Shown here: positions 37,805-48,300 of the stretch, in pieces
Layout of the letters: each line of letters opens with the position of its first letter
Position numbering within the stretch: the stretch's first letter is position 1
Source: Glaucostegus cemiculus
Taxonomy: Eukaryota
DNA length: 64,000 nt
NCBI GenBank assembly: GCA_976551045.1
Contig: CDPCPM010000010.1
Span: forward strand, 2,170,001 to 2,234,000
Reading direction: 5' to 3'
Program-made: the position numbers and the translations under genes
The notes under the pieces: model-generated
Databases searched by the model: none
Seen by the model: only the letters and a program-made list of their open reading frames with translations
What the model was told of the DNA's origin: nothing

Positions 37805-38208
37805 CCAATTATATTACTCTGACCTCGGAGGACTTCGGAGGACTTCAGAAACTGCTAAGTATTTTTCTCTATTTTTTTTATTAAAGTGTAAGTGTAGAGT
37901 AAGATTTTTAACAAGGGTGTAAGATACTAGTGTTAAGTTATTTTTAGTAGGGTTATATAAGCTTTAAGGGGTCGAGTGAGGGCTGCACTGCGCAGGCGCC
38001 ATGCGGGCAGCTTAAAAAGCAACCAGCTTCTAGAGCGGGCAGCAATGGAGCGGGCAGCGGAGTGAGGGGGGAGCAGAGTGTTCGGGCTTTGGCTCAAGGG
38101 ACTTCGGCTTGAAGGGGCGAGGCAGGGGAGTTACTGGTAAGTAAAGGTAAGGCTTACCTGTTGAAGTTACATAGTTGGACAAACCAGGTTTAAGGGGAAC
38201 TAGTTAAG

Positions 38209-39171
38209 ATGGAGGGCATGGTGCAGTGCTGCAGCTGCTTGATGTGGGAGGACGTGGACCCTGTTGAGGTCCACGTTGGCCACGTCTGCAGTAAGTGTGT
38301 GAGGCTGGAGGAACTTTGGCTCAAAATTGATGAGCTGGAGTCACGGCTTCAAACACTGCAGAGCATCAGGGAGGGAGAGAGTTATGTAGATGCGGCACAT
38401 CAGGAGACGGTCACCCCACTTAGAGCAGATACTTCAGGGGGCCAGGTAGTAGATAGCTGGGTGACTGTCAGGGGAGGGAAAGGGAAGGGGAAAACGAATA
38501 GGCAGACAGTGCAGAGAACCCCGGAGGCTGTTCCCCTCAATAACAGGTTTTCAACTTTGGAAACTGTGGAGGGGGATAGCCTGCAGGGACCAAGCACTAG
38601 TACCCAGGTCACTGGCACTAGGACCAGTACTACTGTTCAGATGGGGAAGAAGGGGAAGAGAAATGCAGTGGTGATAGGGGACTCGATAGTCAGGGAAACA
38701 GATAGGAGATTCTGTGGAAGTGAACATGAGTCCTGGATGGTATGTTGCCTCCCAGGTGCCAGGGTCCGGGATATTACTGATCAGGTTCACAGGATTCTCG
38801 AGCGGGAGGGAGAGCAGCCAGAAGTCATGGTTCATGTTGGTACCAACAACATAGGTAGAAAGAGGGATGAGGTCCTGCAAAGGGAGTTTATGGAGCTAGG
38901 CAGAAAGCTGAAGACCAGGACCTCAAGGGTAGTAATCTCAGGATTACTACTGGTGCCACGTGATAGGAAAGGTAGGAACAGGGCGAGGTGGCAATTAAAT
39001 ACGTGGCTGAGAAAGTGGTACAGGGTAGAAGGTTTTAGATTTTTGGATAACTGGGACCTCTTCTGGGGAAGGTGGGACCTGTACAGAGAGGACAGGTTAC
39101 ACCCCAACCAGAGGGGGGCAGATATCCTTGCAGCACGGTATGCTTGGTTGGTTCATGAGAGTTTAAACTAG
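38209..39171 (+). CDS. CR1 ORF1p: Cys-rich/coiled-coil N-terminus plus SGNH(GDSL) esterase-like domain, 320 aa, intact
   Basis: CCSC..CSKC, then a heptad-rich segment and SGNH blocks VIGDSIVR, CLPGARV, VHVGTNN and DRLHP. Confidence 0.9.
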   Translation: MEGMVQCCSCLMWEDVDPVEVHVGHVCSKCVRLEELWLKIDELESRLQTLQSIREGESYVDAAHQETVTPLRADTSGGQVVDSWVTVRGGKGKGKTNRQTVQRTPEAVPLNNRFSTLETVEGDSLQGPSTSTQVTGTRTSTTVQMGKKGKRNAVVIGDSIVRETDRRFCGSEHESWMVCCLPGARVRDITDQVHRILEREGEQPEVMVHVGTNNIGRKRDEVLQREFMELGRKLKTRTSRVVISGLLLVPRDRKGRNRARWQLNTWLRKWYRVEGFRFLDNWDLFWGRWDLYREDRLHPNQRGADILAARYAWLVHESLN

Positions 39172-42100
39172 TTGGCGAGGGGGATGGGAACCAGGAGGGC
39201 AGGTCAGAGGATGTAGAGGTTACAGAAAAGGCAGACCTAACAGACAGAGTGGCTCTGAGGAAGGAGAAGCAGAGTACAGGCCAAAATAGTAAAAAGGTGG
39301 ATAAACTAATCAAGCAAGACAAAGGAAACCAGCTTAGATTAAAGGAGGAGTTATGCGGGAACAAGTCGACGTGTAGTGAAGATGGTAAGAAGGACAGGCG
39401 GGTGGAAGGTAAGGATAATTTAGAGATCAATAGAAGGTGCCGGAGGCGAAGGAGCCGGAGGTGGTCGGACTGTGGGCCGGGGGTTGTTGATGGTCTGTGG
39501 GCCCTGAGGTTGTAGGACTGGGGGGGTTGGAGGTGGTCGTCGGTGCGGGGTGAGGCAGGGGGGCTGTTAATGTTTTGATGTTTTTGTCCAGGTGTCCTTT
39601 GTTGTCTTTGATGTCTTTTGCACATGTATACGTGTAAGTGAAAATCGATAAATCGATCCTGAATTTAAGTTCAATCCCCTTAGCTTTTAAGGTGTAATGA
39701 TCTATACTATGTATTCTGCCAAGTGTGTATGTGTCTCTGTTGGTTGTTATGTCATTTTTTGTATGGGACGAGACCATGAGGAGGACGGTATATCGCTCCT
39801 CTGCATACTTTGTATGTATGTGGTTGTGACAATAAAACTGATTCTGATTCTGATTCTGATTCTGATTCTGAAGTTCATCAATATCTGTAGTTGATGCTGT
39901 TCTAAAAGTACTGTATTTTAATGCACGTAGCATTAGGAATAAGGTCGATGACCTAGTGGCACAGCTACAAGCTAAAAAATATGATATTGTGGCAATCACC
40001 GAATCATGGCTTACTGACGGATGTGATTGGGAACTGAACATCCAAGGGTATACGGTGTATAGGAAGGATAGGAGGGTAGGCAGAGGGGGTGGTGTAGCCC
40101 TGATGGTCAGTAATAATATAAAATCGATAGAAAAGAAGGACATAGGGGTGGAAGAAGTGGAATCCTTATGGGTGGAGCTAAGAAATAGCAAGGGTAAAAG
40201 GACGCTAATTGCAGTTATATATAGACCCCCTAACAGCAGCCGGGAGGAGGACTATAAGATACAGTTAGAAATAGAAAAGGCGTGTCAAAAGGACAATGTG
40301 AAGATAATTATGGGGGACTTCAACCTGAAGGTAGATTGGGAAAATCAGCGAGGAGGTGGATCACAGGAAACTGAGTTTGTAGAATGTCTACAAGATGGCT
40401 TTTTGGAGCAACTTGTAGATGAACCCACCAGGGGATCAGCCATTTTGGATTGGGTACTGTGCAATGAACCAGAGCTGATTACGGAGCTAAAAGTAATGGA
40501 ACCATTAGGAACCAGTGATCACAATATGATTGAACTTGGAGTCAAATTTGGAAAGGAGAGGCTCATAACTGGTGCACATATATTGCAATGGAACAAGGGA
40601 AACTACAGCAGTATGAGAGAGGAACTGTCTCAAATCGATTGGAAGAGTAAGCTAGCAGGTGGGACGGTGGAGCAGAAATGGATTAAGTTTTTACAAGAAA
40701 TAAGGAAGGTGCAGGATAGGTATGTTCCATGAAAAAAGAAAGTTCTGAATGAAAAAAAGGCACATATGTGGGTAACGAGAGAGGTTAAGGCTAAGATAAG
40801 AGCAAAAGGGAGGGCCTACAAGGTAGCAAAAATAAGTGGGGAAACTGAGGATTGGGAAACATTTAAAAACCTGCAGAAAGAAGCTAAGAAGGTCATTAGG
40901 AAAGAAAAGATGAATTACGAAAGGAAATTGGCAGATAACATTCAAACAGATACTAAAAGTTTTTTTAAATAAATGAGGTGTAAAAGAGAGACACGGGTTG
41001 ATATAGGACCAATTGAAAATGGTGTGGGAGAGATTATAATAGAAGATACAGAGATGGCAGAGGAACTAAATAAGTATTTTGCATCGGTCTTCACTGTGGA
41101 AGATACCAGCAATATACCAGATAGACAGGGGTTCCAGGGGATTGAACTGAGTACAGTTGAGATTACTAGGGAGAAGCTGCTAAGGAAGCTAAGTGGATTA
41201 AAGACAGATAAGTCACCCGGACCGGATGAGGTGCACCCTCAGTTTCTGAAGGAGGTGGCTTTAGATTGTAGAGGCATTAGTGATTATTTTCCAGGAGTCA
41301 ATGGACTCCGGCATGGTTCCGGAGGACTGGAGAGTAGCGAACGTAATTCCACTGTATAAGAAAGGTGGGAGGCAGCATAAAGGTAATTACAGACCAATTA
41401 GTTTGACGTCAGTAGTGGGAAAGATACTGGAATCGATCCTCAAGGATGAGGTTACGGAATACCTGGTGATTCAAGACAGGATAGGTCCAAGCCATCATGG
41501 TTTCGTTAAGGGAAGATCTTGCCTGACCAACCTATTGGAGTTTTTTGAGGAAATCTCAGGTAGGGTGGATAAGGGAGAGGCAGTGGACGTTGTGTATTTA
41601 GACTTTCAAAAGGCCTTCGACAAGGTGCCGCATCAGAGGTTGATTAATAAGATGAGTACGCATGGAATTACAGGAAGGATATTAAAATGGGTCGAGCATT
41701 GGCTGGTGGGCAGAAAGCAACGGGTAGGAATAAAAGGATCCTGTTCTGGATGGCGACCGGTTACTAGTGGTGTCCCGCAAGGGTCGGTGTTGGGCCCGCT
41801 ACTTTTCACTTTATATATTAATGATTTGGATGATGGAGTAAATGGTTTTGAAGCTAAGTTTGCAGATGACACCAAGATTGGCGGTGGAGCAGGGAGTATA
41901 GAAGAGGCAAGAAGTTGCAGAGAGACTTGGATAGTTTAGGTGAATGGGCAAAGAAATGACAGATGAAATTCAATGTTGACAAATGTGCTGTAGTACACTT
42001 TGGCAAAAGAAATGAACGGGCAGATTATTATCTAGATGGGGAGAAAATTGGAAGTACGGAAGTACAAAGGGACTTGGGGGTACTCGTGCAGGACACCCTA

Positions 42101-42697
42101 GAAGTCAACCACCAGGTCGGATCGGCGATAAAGAAAGTGAATGCTATGTTGGCGTTCATTTCGCGAGGTATAGTGTATAGAAGTAGGGAAGTGATGATGA
42201 GGCTCTATGGAGCACTGGTACGTCCTCATTTGGAATACTGTGTGCAGTTTTGGGCCCCACACCTTAGAAGGGATGTGCTGATGTTGGAGAGGGTTCAGAG
42301 GAGGTTTATAAGGATGATTCCTGGTATGAAAGGGCTTACCTATGATGAGCGTTTATTGGCTCTTGGACTGTACTCATTGGAGTACAGAAGAATGAGGGGG
42401 GACCTCATAGAAGTGTTTAGAATGTTGAAAGGAATGGATAGAGTAGATGTGGATAGGCTGTTTCCCTTGGTGGGTGAGTCCAAGACTAGAGGGCACAGAC
42501 TTAGAATCAGAGGGAACCAGTTTAAAACAGAGATGAGGAGAAATTACTTTAGCCAGAGGGTGGTGGAGTTGTGGAATTCTCTGTCACATACAGCTGTAGA
42601 GGCTCAGTCAGTGGGGGCATTTAAAGGGGAGTTGGATAGGTACCTAATTAATCAAGGTATCAAGGGATATGGGGATAAGGCTGGAAATTGGGGATAG
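39159..42697 (+). pseudogene. CR1 ORF2 (AP endonuclease plus reverse transcriptase), disabled
   Basis: [58 protein letters not shown]. Stops at 40730, 40970 and about 41958, frameshifts near 41265 and 41910, and an insertion at 39437-39873. Confidence 0.92.
39437..39873 (+). mobile_element. 437-bp nested insertion with a Rex1-type 3' end
   Basis: The 3' ~210 bp resemble 1160-1370 and end in AATAAA plus (CTGATT)5. GAAG is present at 39433-39436 and 39870-39873; excision restores the ORF2 frame. Confidence 0.85.
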
Positions 42698-43774
42698 ATA
42701 TGTTATCTTTTCTCTTCTTCTCATGGAGCAGACTCGAAGGGCTGAATGGCCTACTTCTGCTCCCTTGTCTTGTGATCTTGTGATATTCTATGTTTTAGAT
42801 ATAGTAGCCATTAATATAAATGAGAACCACTAACTATTTTAAAATATAAAATACAAGCAATAATTGGTTTTGAAATTAAGAGGATCATGAAGTAAAGAAA
42901 CAGCACCTTTTACAGAGCACAGGCTACAAGCCCACAGCAGAAGGCCACTCAAGAGATATGGTTACTAAACTGACATGATCATGAGGCATTCTCATATGCA
43001 TTGGCCAAATGTATAGAGAATGAAGTTGTATTAATTGGTCTATAACAAACCAGGCATCAGATACCTTCAGCTAAAACAACTTGCACCATTGTGAAAGAGA
43101 TCCAGGAATTTTCATTATATAGATCTTCAGCTTGTTTTGAACTGTTATCAAATTTGTTTAATGACAAGCCACATATGAAGCCTGAAGGAACAGTGTCGCA
43201 TGTACAAAGCTCAGAAATAAAGGGCAGTTTTAAAGAGCTACCATATACTTAGGCCTCATCTGCAAGCAGAAATCTTACTTCATTCATAAGTTCCCTACTC
43301 AACAACCCCACCCACAGCCAAAAATCCCTGTTGGGTTTTAGGTCCGGCTGTCTCTAGCAGTAGTTTGAATTCCGTAGGCAGCAAGAGAGAAAAGCAAACA
43401 AATGGCAATGGAGATTTTTGTTCAGCATCAACATTTAATTTAATAACTTTAATTTCATAATACCTTATCACAACATTGAAACACCTCCAAGTTCTTTACA
43501 TGCTGAATTACTTCTGGAATGATTTCACTGCCAATTTTAAAGTAGATTTAAATTAGAAGATTTCCGACTGGGGTAATGCTGGTGGCTGGTAATTTTTGTC
43601 AACTTCTTATGGACTGCCACAACTTCTGGGAAGCTCTGCTGACAATGCCACAAAGAATGAACGGATCCACCCTGAAATAAATGAGCATGTTTAAACCATG
43701 CATTAATGATGGGAAAACACTAATTAACATTGTTCCCATCATCAACATCAAAGATGAGATTGCTGCAACAGAAG

Positions 43775-44195
43775 GGCACATTTATGTGGCCTTTTCCTAT
43801 CCCCAGGCTGTTCTGAAGTGCTTTGTATCTAATAAGGTATTTTTTTTGTAAATGTTGTCACAGCGTTAAAAAAGGAAGTAGGTCAGTCAATTTATTATGT
43901 AAATAAAGTCTCATAAACAGCAATGTGATAAATAATGAGTAACTTGTTTTAGAGATGTCGGTTGTGGGATATGTGCAATTCCCCGGCTCCTCCTGTTGTT
44001 CTATGGCATTGTTTATGCCTACCATTGAGGGCAGAGGTTATATTTGAACTTCTGATCTGAAGGATAGCTCCTTCAACTCCAGCAGTCCCAGCTTCTGGAG
44101 TTGGGACTGACATCTCTGGAGTCAGGATTATAGACCTACAAACATCTGGCCAAGGGTTAAGTGAATCTGCACTGAGCCACAGCTGAAACACTGAA
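43775..44195 (-). mobile_element. Deu-type SINE (SacSINE1/AmnSINE1-like), old
   Basis: Minus strand has a CAGCTGTGGCTCAGTG head, Deu-like ATCACATTGCTGTTTATGAGAC and an L2-type tail AAGCACTT...AAAAGGCCACATAAATG. Confidence 0.7.
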
Positions 44196-45294
44196 ATGCC
44201 AGATGTCCCAATGTGCTATGGCAAGCAGAAAGAAGATTAAATTTTAATCCCACTGAGAAGATGTAACTGCTTGAAGAACAATTAATTTTCTTCTTTTAAA
44301 CTGGAGATTTGAATTTATAAAGTAACTTATATTTTCTTCATCAGATCTGAGCCAGCAGACCACAAGTCACTACCACAAGTACAGAGCCTATGTCAGTGTC
44401 TTCCAAATATCTCCTGGGACAAGTCCTATGGCCAGACCCTTTGAATAAAAGCATCTCCATCAACATAGTCATCTTGGTGATTAGTATCCCCACCTATTAA
44501 AGTTGGAATGGTATTGTGGCTCTGGAGGAAGTTCCAAGCCGGAATAGTTTGTAGGAGTTCTTTAGTTCTTTGTTGACCAGTTTCATGCTTGTTAAAGTCA
44601 ATTACATTTTGTTTGTTGAATCAGTGGTTTCATTGACACACCCATCATTGAGTTCCACGTAAGTATTCAGTCGCTGTCTGCCCTTACTTTGAACCGGAGT
44701 ACTAATAATAACTAAAGTGCCACAAATAATACATGACTAGGACAAGTACCAGTGTCTGCCACTGGTGCAGCAGTTCAGAAAGTAGTGACTAGAAAGCAAT
44801 ACAGATTGAAATGAATACCTGCATCTTTTGGCATCAACTACTCATGTCAAAGCATGTACTTCCTCAATAATAGTTACCTGCAAATGACTAGAAAGCAATG
44901 CCTGCAATTAATTAGGACACTCATTGTCACCCTGAGAAATATCTGCATATGGATGTGATAAAAGTTCTTTATTCAATCTTCTTTGTAGAATTTGAGAGCA
45001 TGAATCTTTCATGGTTGCACAGATCAGTTCAAAATGCCTCTATTTTGGTTCTAAGCCACAGCAACAATCTACTCACACGTTGACGTTTTGAGGCTTCTTC
45101 ACAAACTGGCATTAGGACAGAGAAGAAAGGAACGATATGAAATTGATTGTATCATACTGTTTTACTCATAGGAGACTGGGGAAGAAGACATAATGAGCTT
45201 GTAACTATTCATTGAAACCTGAGCTGTTGACTATTAGACAACCCACTTCAGTTTTCTTTTTAATTCATTTATCTGAAACTGGGCACCCCTTGTG

Positions 45295-45368
45295 GTTCAC
45301 TTGCTGTTACGGGATGGCCATGGGAACTGGCGTTCACTTGCTGTTACGGGATGGCCATGGGAACTGGC
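45295..45368. repeat. Perfect 37-bp tandem duplication
   Basis: GTTCACTTGCTGTTACGGGATGGCCATGGGAACTGGC twice. Confidence 0.97.
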
Positions 45369-48300
45369 TCTGAAGTCCTCTGGATCCTCAGACACACAAG
45401 TGATAAGTGCAGCTGAGGGAAAAGCAGAAAGGAGTGTGCATCTGACAGGTCAGATCGAGTGTGATCTGGCCTGTTAATTTTGTGATTTAACACAATGATA
45501 TTAAAGTCTTATATGGTAATATTGGATGCTTATCTGAATTGTTTGATTGCTTAATAAACTCCTTATATTGCTTTCACGTCACACAAACCCTCAGACTTCT
45601 CTAAACCTTTTCAGACTTTTCTTAGTTCCACTTAGCTCTAATTATTTCTCACTGCCATAAACCACAGCAATAGAACATTGCCCATTTAATCTAAAAAACC
45701 AAAGTAACATATTATGATATTTTGCATATGAATGGATTATTCCCATCTACCAAATAATATAATATGTATATCATTTGGTCTAGCTGTATTAAGTGAATCT
45801 ATTTTACTCCTTCATTGACTAATCATAGGAATTACACTGTGGAAGACCAATGCTTAAACAAATCCAGCAGGTGGACATGATAGATGAACAGCTCAGAATG
45901 ATGACAGCATTTCACACCAAGATCAGACAGATGCTATTGTTTTAGATAAGTTACATCCTCTTACCAATGACAATGCTGACGCCTTACTGTCTGTATGGTT
46001 TTGCTCCTGGCTGGTGAGAACTCCACATGATTCTAGAGGATTTTGGCTTTATCCAGACTCTTATGTAACTTCATTATTTAAAGAACTATAATACTGCAGC
46101 ATGCAACATACTTCAACTCTTTTCCATGTGATATATTTAATGTTTATATGGTTATGACTGTAGTTTAGGAATATTGAATTTACAGATAGATAGTGCTATC
46201 CCACCATGTTTTTGGATGATTCTGCACAATGTGAATATGTCAGACTTAACCACTCCTGATGACTATTTCACCTTTGTTCACTTTAAGACTCATTGATTTA
46301 CACGGTCCAGCCAAGGAATGAACTTCATATGACTGCGTGAAGTTGTCCCCGCACCAGAAACACACAATTTCCTCAGAATGAGTTTGCCATTCAAATTACA
46401 GGAGGATTTCCACCATGCATACACAATGCTAACCTGCATCTACAAAATTTCAATCCTTCCTTGCAAAACTTTGGCTAGTTACATTCCTTGCTTTTCTGCT
46501 TTTTGTTTCTTGGTCTGGTTTGCTACTCCACTATTTCCTATCCTTTACTATTGCCAGACCACATGGAGACTGCTTGTATCAGTTGTCTTGACTGCTGCCT
46601 GGTCCTGTTTGTCTCCTTTATGCTGTCTTTTCCTCTGTTCCTACTGCTACCTGCATGCTTACTGTCACCACTTCTAATACACAGTTTAGTCACTTGGATG
46701 TTTTAATTTCAGTTCTTTGAATGTCTCAGGCTGAGAGGATTTGTTAGCTTGCTGGCAGGAGAAGTCTTAAAATGTGTTTGGTGAAGACAGGTTTTTAAAC
46801 CTATGCACTAAGAAGAAAGAACCTGCAGGGTTAGTAAGAGGTGCTCGTGGACTGTACCAGTTCATGGACACCTCTGGTGCAGGGAAATAAAATGAGGAAG
46901 GAACAACGAACTATGTGCCTTTTGAACGGTATCATGCGATAATGAGTTCAATATATGCAAGTCACCCAACTATGATACCACAGAGGAGGTTAAATGTGAA
47001 CATACAAGTGTCTACATTTGATTATAAGAATATTTAATGTGTCTGTAATCTTGTTTTGCGGATGAAGATTTTTATGTAAATGTGGATCCTTCAAGGCAAA
47101 CAGGCTGATAATTTTAAAGTTTGCTTTTTAGTTCATTCAGACATATGCGTCCCATGTATATTACTTTTAGATCAATTATGTGCAAATAATGCCCTGGAAT
47201 TATGGAAGTGTACAGGATTTGTTTGCACAATTTAGAGACTGATCATAATTTTGACTATAATCTCAAACACAGAAAGAAATGATCCTTTTGTAATGTCTGT
47301 AAATCTCATGTGTTGATTTTTGTTTGCTAGGGCAATGTGAAAACTACAAATCATTTAAATGGATGTGTTTCTAAAATGAAAAGTTCAGTTTTGATGTAGT
47401 GTTCATTGATGCATGGAATGTTAGTGACACAAAATGGAACTCCTTTTATTTCTGGGTATCAAATTGCAAATTACTTTATATGTATTTAAATGCTGTTATT
47501 ATCAGTCTTCTGCAGACATAATATTGGATCCCCAAGTGGTTGGCGGAATAAAATGAATGCTTTAATCTCAGGTCTTCAACTCTCAAGCAGTATTCTGCAA
47601 GACAAATCATGTACCATTTTTTTGGAACGTTAACCAGTTGCTTGGGAGGACCCAAGCCATATACTGTTCTGATTTGGAAATATATCGGCATTCTTTCATC
47701 ATCACTGAGTCTAGGTCCTTGTTCCTCCTATCTAGCAGGAATGTGGGGGTACCTTTACAGAACTGCAGCAGCTGAAGGAAGGGTGTTCACCACCACCTTC
47801 TTGAGGGCACTTTAAGGATAGGCAATAAATACTGGCCTACCTGATTTTCATCCTGTAAATGTAAAAAAAATGATTTTCATTCCATCGGAAGGGGTAAAAC
47901 ACCATTTGACCAGAGGGGATGGTAACAAGGGCAATCTACTTCATTACAATTAAAATAAAATTAGTGTTGATACTAAAGACTAAGAGTGCCATCACAGTTT
48001 TCAGACGGTTCAGTATATGCTCAGAACAAACCTGCTTTCCCTTCCTGCTGAGAATATCAGTAATTGGTACCAAGAAAGCAAAGGATGAAAAGTACTTGGC
48101 AAAATAAAGGAAACTTTGCTCTCAATGAATATATTATTTATAAGTTGTTTCTTCTAAAAATCCTCCACAGATGGCTAGTCTCAAAAAGTTCGCTGTTCAT
48201 TGAAGGTATTTCTGCCACATAATGACTTCTAAAAGTCTGTTCAGCTTTTGCATGGTTTTAATCCTTGGAGATCACAATACATCCTTTTTAAAAGAATCAG

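Larger units (their letters stand above)
37805..42785 (+). mobile_element. Apparently full-length CR1 LINE
   Basis: GC-rich 5'UTR, ORF1, endonuclease-RT ORF2, 3'UTR and (TCTTGTGA)2 tail. Flanked by TTCTATGTT at 37796-37804 and 42786-42794. Confidence 0.93.

Noticed and set aside
39035-40191. Antisense ORFs of 196 and 254 aa
   Set aside because: Shadows of the CR1 coding strand and the nested insertion.
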